From: Halodesulfurarchaeum sp.
GTDB taxonomy: Archaea > Halobacteriota > Halobacteria > Halobacteriales > Halobacteriaceae
Direction: 5' to 3'
DNA length: 64,000 nt
NCBI GenBank assembly: GCA_034520565.1
Contig: JAXHNL010000002.1
Location: forward strand, 448,001-512,000
Under the pieces are notes generated by a model, which was not told the DNA's origin, made no database searches, and saw nothing but the letters and a program-made list of their open reading frames with translations. The position numbers were made by a program, and so were the translations under genes. Of the stretch, positions 1 through 10,694 are shown in pieces (position 1 is the first letter of the stretch; every line of letters begins with the position of its first letter).

Positions 1-33
1 GAAGCCGGTGCCGCCGGTGACGAGTACGTTCAT
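1..33 (-). CDS. NAD(P)-dependent epimerase/SDR-family protein, N-terminus only (runs off window)
   Basis: Minus strand reads MNVLVTGGTGF, a Rossmann GxxGxxG start. Confidence 0.7.
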   Translation of the reverse strand, partial: MNVLVTGGTGF

Positions 34-168
34 ACCGCTCGTAGGCCCGCAAATCGGATAACGTTTGGCGCGACGCGGGGCGATTGCCGCGAGTGGAGCC
101 AAGCGGCGGCCAGACCCAAGCCGTGCCGGGACACAAACGGTATGTAACCGGTGAGCCAAGTGCGAAAC

Positions 169-757
169 ATGCTCGTGACGCTGGAGGGGTTGGACGGGAG
201 CGGGAAGACCACGATCTGGGAGCGGCTCTCGGCGGCCCACATGGACGGATTCACCTTCACCAAAGAGCCGACCGACTCGTGGTACGGCGATAGCGTCCGG
301 CGGTCGATCGACGAGGACGGGGCCAACTCGCTCTCGGAGCTCTTCCTCTTCACCGCGGATCACGCCGATCACCTCGAGCGGGTCGTCGAGCCCGCCCTCG
401 AGCGCGGGGACGTGATCGTCTCGGACCGCTATACGGACTCACGCTACGCCTACCAGGGAGCCGCAATCGAGGGGACAGTCCCCGACCCCGTCGAGTACAT
501 CCGGTCCGTCCACCGGCCGTTCACCGCCCCCGGACCGCACGATCTACTTCGAAGTCGACCCGGAGACGGCCGTCGAGCGCAGCGGGGCGACGAACAAGCT
601 CGAACAGCTCACCTTCCTCGAGTCGGTCGAGGAGAACTACGAGCGACTGATCGAGGCCGAACCCGAGCGCTTCGTCCGCGTGAACGCCGAACGGCCGCTC
701 GAGGCAGTACTCGAGGCGGTCGAGTCGATCCTCCAGCGAGAAACGGGCGGAACCTAA
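169..757 (+). CDS. tmk: Thymidylate kinase (apparent frameshift near 525-531)
   Basis: [16 protein letters not shown]-loop, TKEP and [13 protein letters not shown] motifs. C-terminus [18 protein letters not shown]...GGT* continues in another frame after a C-run. Confidence 0.9.
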
Positions 758-991
758 CTACTCCGTCATCGAGACGTAGGTTTTGGTCTCGAGAACGCCG
801 TCCAGCGACTGAATCGCGTCGGTCGCCACGTCGAGGACGTCGTAGACCGAATCCGCCGAGATTTCGGTGATGAGGTCGTAGTCGCCCGCGACGACGTGGG
901 CCTCCGCGACGTCGTCCCGTTCCGCGAGGGCGTCCCTGACGCCCTGCGGGGCGCCCGCTTCGGTCCTGACCATGACGAACGCGTGAACCAT
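758..991 (-). CDS. Lrp/AsnC ligand-binding-domain-only protein
   Basis: [10 protein letters not shown]...[11 protein letters not shown]...[10 protein letters not shown], the typical AsnC C-terminal (RAM) domain. Confidence 0.85.
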   Translation of the reverse strand: MVHAFVMVRTEAGAPQGVRDALAERDDVAEAHVVAGDYDLITEISADSVYDVLDVATDAIQSLDGVLETKTYVSMTE

Positions 992-1100
992 ACCGGGCCG
1001 TTGGGACGGGTCGACTAAAACCCTCGCGTCCGACGGCAGTTTCGAGTCGAAGTGCCCCTTCGTCCAAACCCTCATTAGTGATCGCGGCCCAGTCACCAGC

Positions 1101-1334
1101 ATGGTCGTCGCCTACGCACTCCTCGAAGCCGAAACGAGCGCGATCGAAGAGGTGAGAGCGGCCGTCGCCGCAATCGGGGCCGTGCAGGATGTCCACGTCG
1201 TGGCCGGTGACGTGGACCTGATCGCCCGGATCGACGTCGCGGACCCGGGTGCCGTTTCCGCGGTTATCACCGGCGAGATCGCCGGCCTCGACGGGGTCCT
1301 CGACACCGAGACCTACATCAGCATGGACGGATGA
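1101..1334 (+). CDS. Lrp/AsnC ligand-binding-domain-only protein
   Basis: MVVAYALL...VHVVAGDVDLIA...GVLDTETYISM; paralog of the divergent neighbour. Confidence 0.85.
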   Translation: MVVAYALLEAETSAIEEVRAAVAAIGAVQDVHVVAGDVDLIARIDVADPGAVSAVITGEIAGLDGVLDTETYISMDG

Positions 1335-1804
1335 GCGAGACGCGCTCGGCCGCGTTCCGGGCCAGAGCAGACTTCCATGAGACCGAATCGGGGGTCTTCG
1401 AAGTCGACGCGCTCGATTTCGCGGCCGAAGTGACCGTCGGCGAAGACACGGTAACGCTGGTTCACCAGCTTCCCACCCTCGATGCGACCGTCGTGGGCGA
1501 ACCCGTCGCCCCGGTCGTCGAGGAGGGTTGGGAGGAGACCTTCGAGCGGCGCGTCGCGGACGTGACAGGGGTCGTCGATCCGGTCTCCGGGCCCACAGTC
1601 GAAACGGACGGGAAGACGGTCCGCGTCACGATGGACATCGATGACCGCGGGAAACCCGTCCCCGAGGCCGTCCGTCACGCGGTCGACTTCATCGAGAGCA
1701 CCTGGGTCGAAGGGATCATTCCCGGGTACGAGTACGACGAACAGGTCCAGAAGATTCGAAATCGGGCCATGGAGACCGGCGAAAACGGCACTCGAATGGG
1801 CTGA
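1331..1804 (+). CDS. Conserved haloarchaeal hypothetical protein (DUF5813-like)
   Basis: Acidic 157-aa ORF with VEEGWEETFERR and TWVEGIIPGYEY motifs; overlaps upstream stop (ATGA). Confidence 0.7.
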   Translation: MSETRSAAFRARADFHETESGVFEVDALDFAAEVTVGEDTVTLVHQLPTLDATVVGEPVAPVVEEGWEETFERRVADVTGVVDPVSGPTVETDGKTVRVTMDIDDRGKPVPEAVRHAVDFIESTWVEGIIPGYEYDEQVQKIRNRAMETGENGTRMG

Positions 1805-1813
1805 TCCGCCGGA

Positions 1814-2230
1814 TTACCTGACGATCGTCACGGGGATCGGCGAGCGGCGAACGACTGACTCCGCCACGCTCCCGAGAAGGATGCGGGTCATGCCCGAGCG
1901 ACCGTGACTGCCCATGACCACGTGGTCGATCTCGTTGTCCTCGACGTACGAGACGATCGCCCGGGAGGGACGACCGACCTCGATCACCGTTTCGACGTCG
2001 AACCCCTCGAGTTCGGCTTCGGCGTCCTCGAAGAGCGAGTTCGCCTCGTCCTTGCGGTTCTCGTACCACTCCTCGGAGTAGCCGGGCATCGTCGCGGCCG
2101 CGCTGTATCCGGCCTCCACCGGGTCGATGACGTGGAGCAGCGTGATGGTCTCCGGTTCGAGCGTGTCGGCGACGTACTCGACGGCACGTTCCGACTGGGC
2201 CGACCCGTCAATCGGGACCAGGACGTTCAT
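1814..2230 (-). CDS. Universal stress protein (UspA family)
   Basis: VLVPIDGS N-terminus; VVMGSHGRSG...LLGSVAESVVRRSPIPVTIVR C-terminus. Confidence 0.93.
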   Translation of the reverse strand: MNVLVPIDGSAQSERAVEYVADTLEPETITLLHVIDPVEAGYSAAATMPGYSEEWYENRKDEANSLFEDAEAELEGFDVETVIEVGRPSRAIVSYVEDNEIDHVVMGSHGRSGMTRILLGSVAESVVRRSPIPVTIVR

Positions 2231-2300
2231 ACTGGAAAATTCGGCGGCTCCGGGCATATAGTTACGGGCCGATCCGGCGACACGGACAGTCCCGGCCAGC

Positions 2301-4106
2301 TCAATCCCGACCGTGGCGGGTAAGACAGTACGGCAAGCCCATCACCTCGACCGGCTTGGAGTTATCCGGGGAGTACACCGCCATGCTGCCCCGCTGCATG
2401 TCGGTCACCCGTGACTCGAGGGCCGTCGGGAGGTTCAGACTCGAGACGGCGTCCTCGTCACCCAGGGTGAGCGCGATCCGGGTGTTGACCTGCTTGAACA
2501 CCGGGTCCGCGATGTCCTGTGGGTCCTGGGTGATGAGAAAGAGCCCGAGTCGCTCCTTGCGCCCCTGCTTTGCCGCCTCGGTGAACTTGCCGATGACCCG
2601 CTTTGCCTGGACGGTCTCGGCGTCCGCGAGGAAGTTGTGGGCCTCGTCCATACCGACGAGCAGCGGCGTCTCCTTGATGCGGGAAAAGCGCGGGTCACTG
2701 GAGAGTTTCTGGTCGATGAGCAGGCTCGAAAGTGCGAGTACCACCATCTCGGCGGCCCGGGTGGAGGAGAGGTGATAGGTCGGGACGACCGAGAGCCCGC
2801 CCGGGCGGACGAACTCGTGGACCAGTTCGGTGATCGGGCGAGCGTCCTGGTCGAAGACCCCGCCCGGGACGGCCCTGACCCGTCGCTTGACGGCATCGTA
2901 GGTCTTCTCGTGGACGGCGCCGGTCTCGTCGAGTTCCTGCCTGAGCGCCGGGTCGTCGAGGAACTTCAGGAAGGCGTCGTAGGTAGCCTCACCGCTCCGC
3001 TCGGCGAAGAACCGTTCGAGCAGGAGGTCGAGGGCGTTGAACTGGTTGTCGTTGAGGGCGCTGCCGGCCAGCAGCCACGGATTGGACTTGACCATCGAGA
3101 AGGGGATCGTGAACGTCTGCTGTTCGGCGCGATGGTGGCCGGCGGCATAGCGGGCGTTCCCGACCTTCGGAACGAAGGCGACGGTGTCCTCGTGACCGCC
3201 GGATGCGATCCCCTGAGCGTCGAGTTCGCGCTTCGCGCTCCGGTCCAGATCGGGATTGTCGTCGTGCATCTGGGCGTACTCGTCCTGTGGATCGAACTGG
3301 ACGACGGCCGCCCGCGGCGTTCGACCGCTCCCGGGGTCGATGGCGTAGCGGCGGTCCTCGGTGAGGTACTGGCGGAGGACGTTCTTCGCGGTGTGGGTCT
3401 TGCCAGAACCGGTCCCGCCGGCGACGAGGACGTGACGGAAGATGAGCGGGTCGGCACCCGTCGCGCCGTCCTCCAGGCGGTAATCGACCGTCGGCGGACT
3501 CGCCTGGGTCTCGATCTTCTCGCCGCCGACGGCGAGGTGACCGAGAAAGACCCCGGAGTCGGGCAAGTCGAGCCCGGTCCGGATCTTCTCGTGGTCGCTT
3601 GCGTGCCGGACCACCGTCTCCGGTTTGGGGACCCGGTCGGGGGCGCGGCGCAGGAGGTCGTCGCCGTCGGGATACAGGACCGCGAGGGGTTCGAGATCGG
3701 CCATGAGTTTGTAGTCCCGCTCGTCGATCCCCGCCGAGCGCATCGCACGCCGGGCGTGGATCTCCGTGGCGTCGTCGCTCCGGTAGGCCTGGGCGTACTC
3801 GAGGCCAGTCACCCGGCAGAACAGCGTCTCCCCGTCGGGATACGGCGCGAGGAGGTACGTTCCGAGCCGGACGTCTTTCCGGTTTCCCGCAGTCACGTAG
3901 GCCCGCAGGCGGTTTTCGTCGGTCTCCTCGGCGACACGGAGTCCCTCCGAGACGGCAAGGGCACCGACGCCGGTGTCACTCCCCGTGGCAGTCACGTCGG
4001 GACGGTCGAAATCGCCTTCTTCGGGGCCGCTCCCGCCTCCTGAACGCTCGTCGTCGGTCGCCGACCCGTCGCCCTGGAAGTCCGAAAACGATCCGAGATC
4101 GCTCAT
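2301..4106 (-). CDS. herA: HerA-family ATPase/helicase
   Basis: HAS-barrel-like N-terminus, Walker A GGTGSGKT, Walker B MDEAHNF, QGRK..LFLITQDP; adjacent to nurA. Confidence 0.88.
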   Translation of the reverse strand: MSDLGSFSDFQGDGSATDDERSGGGSGPEEGDFDRPDVTATGSDTGVGALAVSEGLRVAEETDENRLRAYVTAGNRKDVRLGTYLLAPYPDGETLFCRVTGLEYAQAYRSDDATEIHARRAMRSAGIDERDYKLMADLEPLAVLYPDGDDLLRRAPDRVPKPETVVRHASDHEKIRTGLDLPDSGVFLGHLAVGGEKIETQASPPTVDYRLEDGATGADPLIFRHVLVAGGTGSGKTHTAKNVLRQYLTEDRRYAIDPGSGRTPRAAVVQFDPQDEYAQMHDDNPDLDRSAKRELDAQGIASGGHEDTVAFVPKVGNARYAAGHHRAEQQTFTIPFSMVKSNPWLLAGSALNDNQFNALDLLLERFFAERSGEATYDAFLKFLDDPALRQELDETGAVHEKTYDAVKRRVRAVPGGVFDQDARPITELVHEFVRPGGLSVVPTYHLSSTRAAEMVVLALSSLLIDQKLSSDPRFSRIKETPLLVGMDEAHNFLADAETVQAKRVIGKFTEAAKQGRKERLGLFLITQDPQDIADPVFKQVNTRIALTLGDEDAVSSLNLPTALESRVTDMQRGSMAVYSPDNSKPVEVMGLPYCLTRHGRD

Positions 4107-4166
4107 GGCCCGACTCCGGCCGGGAGCAACTAACCCCTTTCCCCCGGTGTCGGGTCCGACCGGCGG

Positions 4167-5444
4167 TCAGAACTCCCGGCCCCACCGCTCTGCGTCGTAG
4201 TTCCGGTCCTCGGTGGTGTCGAAAGCGACCTCGAGTCGGCGGACGAGTTCGGCTTTGCCCTCACTTCCGATCCGGGCCAACTCGTCGGCCTTCGCGATCG
4301 GGAGTGGGGGTCCTCGCTCCGCCGCGACGCCCCTGAGCACGGACTGTTCGACCGCGGTCCTGACCGCGGAATTCTCGGCGAACCCCGCGGGGAGTTCGGC
4401 CTTGAAGAGCAGGTCCGTCCGCGGGTCGTAGACGACGAAAAAGGCCACCTCGTAGTCCTTCGCGGGACGGGAGCGGGTAACCCCCAGCTCCGTCTCGGGC
4501 CCGGCAAAGACCCCGTCGGCCCCGAGTCTGGAACGGAACCACCCGGTCCAGGAGAGTTCGTCGGTGACCCGACCGGCCGGTCCACCTGTCCGGCCGTCGG
4601 CCGACCGGCCCTCCTCGCGCTGCTCGAGGAGCTGGGTGAAAAACGCCGCGTCGCTCGCCCAGGGGCTCGGACGGCCGGTTTCAGCGAGCGCTCGAATGAG
4701 TCCCCGAGACTGGGGGCTCTTGACGAAGCCGACGAGTGGCACGTCGCGGTTCAGGAAGTCCTCGACCAGCGCGACGTAGTTCTCGAGGACCTCCCTGACG
4801 AGGTCGTTCTCGCCGGCGAGTTCCGCGATGGAGCCGTGTCTTCCCCGCCAGTGGAGCAGTCCCTTCGGATACAGCGGGCCGTCGAGGAAGAGCACGTCCC
4901 CGACTCTGTCGGCGTGTTCGCGGGCGTGGTGGCTCTCCGCGAGGTAGAGCGCGAGGCCGTGGACGATCCGTTCCTCGTCGCGGGCCAGCGCCTCGGTCTG
5001 GACGATGCGGCCCCGACCGTGGCCCTCGTCGAACGGGTCCCAGCCGTCGGTGCCGTGGTTCACCGTGGCGTCGTTCGAGTGGACCGGCATGATGTAGGTG
5101 CGGGCCCGGTGGAGTTCGAGATCCGACGGGACCGCGGCCATGGCCGCCTGTGCCAGATCGAGCAGAAGCCCGTTCTTGAACGTCGTCGGGTTGATCGTTC
5201 CCGAATCGAGACCGTGAGCCGTCTCGAACGGCGCCTCCTGAAGGGCCAAGTCCTCGATGGGGGCAGCCCTGCGGGTCACCGACTCGATCGGTTCCAGCAC
5301 GGCCCGGCCGTCCGTCCGGAGCGGGTCGAGGTGCTCGTCCCAGACGGTCTCCGCGAGATCCCGGTGGGCCGCCGGGTCGGCGTCGTGGCGGATCCGGCTG
5401 GCGAGGGAGGCGATCCCGTCGTAGTGGACGGGGTCGATGGTCAT
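4167..5444 (-). CDS. nurA: NurA-family 5'-3' nuclease
   Basis: GLDSG, FLDGPLYP, VGFVKSP and PLPIAKADELARI motifs; co-oriented with herA. Confidence 0.85.
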   Translation of the reverse strand: MTIDPVHYDGIASLASRIRHDADPAAHRDLAETVWDEHLDPLRTDGRAVLEPIESVTRRAAPIEDLALQEAPFETAHGLDSGTINPTTFKNGLLLDLAQAAMAAVPSDLELHRARTYIMPVHSNDATVNHGTDGWDPFDEGHGRGRIVQTEALARDEERIVHGLALYLAESHHAREHADRVGDVLFLDGPLYPKGLLHWRGRHGSIAELAGENDLVREVLENYVALVEDFLNRDVPLVGFVKSPQSRGLIRALAETGRPSPWASDAAFFTQLLEQREEGRSADGRTGGPAGRVTDELSWTGWFRSRLGADGVFAGPETELGVTRSRPAKDYEVAFFVVYDPRTDLLFKAELPAGFAENSAVRTAVEQSVLRGVAAERGPPLPIAKADELARIGSEGKAELVRRLEVAFDTTEDRNYDAERWGREF

Positions 5445-5829
5445 ACCGGTCGGGTACTGGCCCCAGCGTAATCACCCCTCGGGTTGGTCCCGATGGTTTC
5501 GTCCCGGGTTCAGGCGGCGTCGTGGTCTCGGGTTGTGGCGACCGTCGCTGTCCAGGGTTGTGGACTCCCAACGAAGTCGTCGATGTGGCTTGTGGAAGGG
5601 GGTCGGTTCGAGTCCGATCCGGTTCGGTTCGGCCTGGTCCGGCGTTCGTATGTAAACGTCCGGGTCGGTTCAGTGGGTGGCATGTCAGATATGCTGCCCG
5701 AGTCTTCAGCAGAACCCCTTCGGTCGGCTCCCGGCGTGTCTTCGACACCAGTTCGGCGAACCGTTGGGCGATCAACCGACCGGACGGCCCCCGAATATAT
5801 TATGAATGGTTTCGTGTGTCAACGTACCC

Positions 5830-7686
5830 GTGGCGAGTAGCCTGTTGCCAGTCGTCGCGATCATTCTCATCACGGGGTTGCTGGTCCAGTTGCTGGCACA
5901 ACGATTCCGGATCCCGAGTGTCGTCTTTTTCCTCTTCGTCGGGCTGGTTTTGGGGCCGGAGGGTATCGGGTTCGTGACTCTGGAGACGTTCGGGGAGGGG
6001 CTCGAAACGATCGTCGGCCTCAGCGTCGCAATCATCGTGTTCGATGGGGCATTCGCACTTCGGGCCGATCACATCCGTAAAGCGTCGACGGCCTCGCTTC
6101 GATTGGTGACGATCGGATCGGTCATGACGTTCCTCGGAACCGCCGTCGCCGTCCGACTGCTAGAGGGTGTAACCTGGGAAATCGCGCTGGTTATCGGCGC
6201 GTTGCTGATCGCGACCGGCCCGACGGTCATCACCCCGATCCTGGAGGTTATCAGAGTGAGAGAACACGTCGCCGCAGCCCTCGAAACGGAGGGGATCATC
6301 AATGACGTGACCGCAGCGGTCGCAGCCGTCGTGATCTTCGACGTTTTGCTCCTCGATGATCTCGGCCTTCCGGCGACTGTCGGTTCGTTTCTCCAACGAA
6401 TCAGTGTCGGCGTCGCTGCGGGCCTCCTCGCCACAGTCCTTATTTTCCTCCTCTTCAGGTATCAAATCGCTCCCGAAGAGGGGCAGCAAGAGGCCCGATT
6501 CCTGCTTTTGAGTGCAGCCATTGGCTCCTTCGCCGTGGCCGAAACGTTTGCCGCGGAGGCCGGAATCGCTGCTGCGGCGACGGCCGGACTCGCCGTCGGC
6601 AATCTGGACCTTCCGCATCGAGCGACGATGGAGGAGTTCGGTCGGGACGTCACGCTCATCGCTCTCGGATTCGTCTTCATCTCCCTCGCTGCGCTCATCG
6701 ATCTACGAGCCATTATCGGACTGGGGATTGGCGGGCTGTTACTCCTCGCAACGGTAATGATCCTTCTCCGCCCTGCCGTCGCCTGGGTAGCGACCTGGGG
6801 CGTCGAGCAGTTCGACCGGTCCGAACGACTGTTCCTGGCAGCCGTCGGTCCCCGCGGTATTATCCCGGCAAGCGTAGCGACGCTGTTCGCGATCGAACTC
6901 GAGCTTGCGGGGAACGTTTCGGCAGCCCAAACCTTGCTCGGCACCGTCTTCATCGTGATCCTCGCCACGGATATCATCGAGGCGGGATTCGCACGACAGA
7001 TCGGAGACTTCCTCGGAGTGACACCAATGCGCATGATAATCGTCGGCGGGGGCCGAGTCGGCCTTGCCCTCGCCACCCGACTGGAGAACAGTGGTGAGTT
7101 CGTCGTCATCGTGGAACGCGACGAGGAACAGAAAGTTCGAGCCGAAAGACAGGGGTTCACCGCCGTCCTCGGCGACGGAACGCAGGATGAGGTTTTGCAG
7201 GAGGCACGCATGGACGAAGCGAAAGCCGTCATCGCTGCAACCGGGAAAGACGACGTCAATCTTTTGGTTGCACAGATCGCGAAGACGAAATTCGGGGTCG
7301 ATGACCTGTACGCGAAGGTCAACCAACCCGAGAACGACCAGGCCTTCGAATCGTTGGGCGTGACGGCGGTCAATGCTCCGGACGCGACTGCCTTTGCCAT
7401 CGAAAACGAGATCGAACGACACGAACTCGCAAATTGGATTTACAATCCGGAGGACGCCCACGCCGTCAAAGAAACCGTTGTTACCTCGAAGTCAGTCGGG
7501 GGACATTCGATCCGGGAACTCAGGGACGACATTCCGGATTCGTGTTTGGTTATCGAGATCGGTGAGGACGAAAACGCCCACGTCCCCACTGCGGACGAGG
7601 TGATCGAGATCGGCGACAAAGTGACATTACTCGGAGAATCGACGGCCGTAAAACGGGCCGTCAAGCTGTTTCACCCCCACGAGTAG
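5830..7686 (+). CDS. CPA1/NhaP cation:proton antiporter with C-terminal TrkA-N/TrkA-C (RCK) domains
   Basis: Multiple TM helices, ATGPTV, EGIIND and GPRGIIPA motifs, then IIVGGGRVG RCK domain. GTG 5830 chosen because AT-rich AATATATTATG lies about 27 nt upstream; an in-frame ATG is at 5806. Confidence 0.9.
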   Translation: MASSLLPVVAIILITGLLVQLLAQRFRIPSVVFFLFVGLVLGPEGIGFVTLETFGEGLETIVGLSVAIIVFDGAFALRADHIRKASTASLRLVTIGSVMTFLGTAVAVRLLEGVTWEIALVIGALLIATGPTVITPILEVIRVREHVAAALETEGIINDVTAAVAAVVIFDVLLLDDLGLPATVGSFLQRISVGVAAGLLATVLIFLLFRYQIAPEEGQQEARFLLLSAAIGSFAVAETFAAEAGIAAAATAGLAVGNLDLPHRATMEEFGRDVTLIALGFVFISLAALIDLRAIIGLGIGGLLLLATVMILLRPAVAWVATWGVEQFDRSERLFLAAVGPRGIIPASVATLFAIELELAGNVSAAQTLLGTVFIVILATDIIEAGFARQIGDFLGVTPMRMIIVGGGRVGLALATRLENSGEFVVIVERDEEQKVRAERQGFTAVLGDGTQDEVLQEARMDEAKAVIAATGKDDVNLLVAQIAKTKFGVDDLYAKVNQPENDQAFESLGVTAVNAPDATAFAIENEIERHELANWIYNPEDAHAVKETVVTSKSVGGHSIRELRDDIPDSCLVIEIGEDENAHVPTADEVIEIGDKVTLLGESTAVKRAVKLFHPHE

Positions 7687-7787
7687 ACGGTTCGGGCCCT
7701 CCAACTCCTCAGAGGAGTGCTGACCCGGTCACATCCGTTTCGGAACGGGACCACCCAGTAGGGACGAACCGCTCGAAATCTGCACCG

Positions 7788-8279
7788 TCACAAAAGCGAT
7801 TCCACGGCCTCCTCGACGGACATCACGCCCTGCTCGAGGGCGTTGAGAATTCCCCTCACCTCCTCGCGCTGGGCGTCGGTATCCGGCGCTTCTACCCACA
7901 ACTCGTCCATCGATTCGCCGGCTTCCAGCGCCAGGTCCTTTTTCACCCGGTAGGCGCCGTTCTCGGTGATGATATCGGCGGGGTGGAAGAAGAACCACTC
8001 CTCGCGGTCGAATCGCACCCCGATTCGGGGTTTCGCCCCGAAGGACGCCGAAAAGTAGCGGAGGGCTTCAACCTCCTCGCTCGTGAGATAGATCGGGTCG
8101 CCGGCACTCGCCTTGGCCTCGATGGCATAGAAGACGGTGCCGTTGCCCGCGAGGACGTCCGGGAGTTCGCGCTCCGTGGCGCTCCCGCTGGCCGGGGCGC
8201 GCATGACCGCGAAGCCAGCCTCGTCGAGGGCGTTGACCAGTTCCCGCTCCCGGCGGTCGCCCTTGCGGTTGGCGGACAT
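7788..8279 (-). CDS. hjc: Holliday junction resolvase Hjc
   Basis: [10 protein letters not shown]...[11 protein letters not shown]...PDVLAG...AIEAK motif set. Confidence 0.95.
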   Translation of the reverse strand: MSANRKGDRRERELVNALDEAGFAVMRAPASGSATERELPDVLAGNGTVFYAIEAKASAGDPIYLTSEEVEALRYFSASFGAKPRIGVRFDREEWFFFHPADIITENGAYRVKKDLALEAGESMDELWVEAPDTDAQREEVRGILNALEQGVMSVEEAVESLL

Positions 8280-8329
8280 CTATCTCGAAACAGAACGGGG
8301 CGGGTAAAAACCTCGACGGGTTCGATCGG

Positions 8330-9073
8330 TTATTCGCTCTGAATCCGCGGGGCGAGCATGTAGGTGACGTTACCCAGGCCCTCCGCGATCTCGAAGTGGA
8401 GCTTGACGGGGAACTCCTCGCCGAGTTCGACCACGACCTCGCCGTCGGCCGGAATGGCCTTGTTCATGTCCTTGAGGTAATCGAGGGAGAAAAGCGAGTG
8501 GGCCTCGCCCAGTTCGAGCTGGATGAGGTCGCCGGCCTCGAGTTCGAGGTGGACGTCGTCGGTGTCGCCCTGTGCGTCGACGTAGAAGTGCTCCGCCTCG
8601 GGATCGACGCCGAGTGCGATGTGATCCGAGACCATGTCCGCCGCCCGGACCGCCCGGTCGATGTCCCGGCCCTCGATGACGATGCGGGCCGGGAGGTCGA
8701 GGTCGGGGAGGTCCGGCTCCTGGCGGATCGAGTCGGGGTCGATGAGCGCGAGGGTGTACTCCAGCCCGTCGATGTGGATGTGGAGTTTTCGTGTCTCCTC
8801 GTCGAGTTCGAGCTGGATCAACTGCCCGGTGTCGGCCATCCCGGCGATGTCCTCGAGCCGGGAGAGGTCCACGCCGATGATCCCGCCGTCTGCTTCGTAG
8901 GACTCGAAGGCCGCGGCTTCGAGGTCCAGGTCTACCATCCCCACGTTCGCCGGGTCGACCGCTCGAATCTCCAGGCCCGCTTCGGTGAGGTGGATCTTGC
9001 ATTCGTCCACCAACACGCTCACGGAGTCGAGGGTGGTCCGGAGCGTCTCGGCGCTGACGATGGCCGTAAACAT
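8330..9073 (-). CDS. pcn: DNA polymerase sliding clamp (PCNA)
   Basis: [19 protein letters not shown] and C-terminal YMLAPRI. Confidence 0.97.
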   Translation of the reverse strand: MFTAIVSAETLRTTLDSVSVLVDECKIHLTEAGLEIRAVDPANVGMVDLDLEAAAFESYEADGGIIGVDLSRLEDIAGMADTGQLIQLELDEETRKLHIHIDGLEYTLALIDPDSIRQEPDLPDLDLPARIVIEGRDIDRAVRAADMVSDHIALGVDPEAEHFYVDAQGDTDDVHLELEAGDLIQLELGEAHSLFSLDYLKDMNKAIPADGEVVVELGEEFPVKLHFEIAEGLGNVTYMLAPRIQSE

Positions 9074-9197
9074 CTTGGTCCGGGATTGGACGCAATCCCA
9101 TAAAAAGCCACCCGTTCGTGCCGGGGCTGCCGGTTTGGCGTGTCGGGGCCCTGCGCCCACCGTCAGCCACTTCTCGCCGGCTCCCAAAGGGCGGCCA

Positions 9198-9965
9198 ATG
9201 AGTGGCAAAGACGAGTACTACAATCGAGCCAAACAGCAGGGCTACCGGTCCCGATCCGCGTACAAGCTCCAGCAGATCGACGACCAGGTCGGTCTGCTCG
9301 CTCCGGGCGACACCGTCCTCGACCTCGGTGCGGCACCGGGCGGCTGGCTTCAGGTCGCCGCCGAGCGGGTCGGGGAGGCCGGTCGGGTCATCGGGGTGGA
9401 CTTCCAGTCAATCGACCCCGTCGAGGCGGGCGACGTGGAAACGATCCGGGGGGACATGACCGAGGAGCAAACCCAGGAGCGAATGGCCGCACTCGCCCCG
9501 GACACCGTCGACGTCGTCGTTTCGGACATGGCGCCAAACATGAGTGGCGAGTACGATCTGGACCACGCCCGGTCGGTCCACCTCGCCCGGACCGCCTTCG
9601 AGATGGCCCAGCAGTTCCTCGAATCGGGCGGCAATTTCGTGGCCAAGGTCTTCGAGGGACGGGACCTCGACGAGTTCGTCGCGGCCGTGGAGGCCGAGTT
9701 CGACAAGGTGAGCATCGTCCGGCCGGACGCCTCCCGGGACTCCTCCTCGGAGGTCTTCGTCGTCGGCCTCGGGCGGCTCACTGCCCCGGTCGAGGAGGGG
9801 GCGACGCTCGAGGTGACCATCGAGGCGTCGGGCGACGACGGCGACGGGATCGCCTACGTCGAGGGCTACACGATCTTCGTACCGGACACAATGGTCGGCG
9901 ACGAGGTCACGGTCGAAATTACGGACGTGAAGCCGCGATTCGGGTTTGCCGAGCCGGTCGAGTAA
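9198..9965 (+). CDS. rlmE: 23S rRNA Um2552 methyltransferase RlmE/FtsJ with C-terminal TRAM domain
   Basis: [24 protein letters not shown] and ASRDSSSE motifs; [18 protein letters not shown]. Confidence 0.95.
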   Translation: MSGKDEYYNRAKQQGYRSRSAYKLQQIDDQVGLLAPGDTVLDLGAAPGGWLQVAAERVGEAGRVIGVDFQSIDPVEAGDVETIRGDMTEEQTQERMAALAPDTVDVVVSDMAPNMSGEYDLDHARSVHLARTAFEMAQQFLESGGNFVAKVFEGRDLDEFVAAVEAEFDKVSIVRPDASRDSSSEVFVVGLGRLTAPVEEGATLEVTIEASGDDGDGIAYVEGYTIFVPDTMVGDEVTVEITDVKPRFGFAEPVE

Positions 9966-9977
9966 CTGGCCGATTGA

Positions 9978-10694
9978 TCAGTCCGTCGGTGGGGCCACAC
10001 TCCCGGCACGTTCCTGCCGGCGGAACAGTCCCACCACGAGGTAGACGAAGGGCGTATCGAGAAGCGCGATTGCCAGTTTGAGCACGTACTGACCGACGAG
10101 CAGTGACGCGACGATTCCGAGGGGGAGCGGATCGCCGGTTCCGAGCGCCAGGGGCACGAGATAGAAGCCGAGTCCGACGAAGATGACAGTATCCAGCAGC
10201 TGGCTCGTCGCCGTCGAGCCGATGTTTCGCAGCCAGAGGTGGGCGCCATCGGTAAACTCCCGGAGGGCATGGAACACCACCACGTCCCAGTTCTGGCTCA
10301 CGAGGTAGGCCGCGAGACTCGCGAGGACGATGTTCGTACTCGAGCCGAGAACGGTCGCGAACGTCTCCGGTGGGACCGGCGAGGTGGCCGCGGCAGGGGC
10401 CAGGATGGTACTCCAGACGAGCGCCAACAGGACGAAGTTGAGGGCAAACGCGACGTTCACCAGGATCTGGGCCGCCCGGCGGCCATAGATTTCGGCGTAG
10501 ATATCCGAGGCGAAGAAAGTCAGCGCGTAGGCCAGTGCGGCCCCGGGCAGGGCAAGCGTGTCTCCGGCGACCGGAATCGCCACCGGGAGGTCGAAAGCGA
10601 GCACCTTCGAGGCGGTGAGCTGGGCGGTCACCAGCGCGGTGACGAACAGGCCGATCAACGCGACCTGCGCGGTGGGCGTCTCCTGCCGGGACAT
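9978..10694 (-). CDS. YhhQ/VUT-family 7-deazaguanine (preQ0/preQ1) precursor transporter
   Basis: Hydrophobic; DIYAEIYG, SLAAYLVSQNWDV and WLRNIGSTATSQLLDT motifs. Confidence 0.88.
   Translation of the reverse strand: MSRQETPTAQVALIGLFVTALVTAQLTASKVLAFDLPVAIPVAGDTLALPGAALAYALTFFASDIYAEIYGRRAAQILVNVAFALNFVLLALVWSTILAPAAATSPVPPETFATVLGSSTNIVLASLAAYLVSQNWDVVVFHALREFTDGAHLWLRNIGSTATSQLLDTVIFVGLGFYLVPLALGTGDPLPLGIVASLLVGQYVLKLAIALLDTPFVYLVVGLFRRQERAGSVAPPTD

Noticed and set aside
5602-5618. tRNA T-arm-like hairpin GTCGG-TTCGAGT-CCGAT
   Set aside because: No acceptor, D or anticodon arms can be built around it, and it lies in a low-complexity GGTTC-rich tract.
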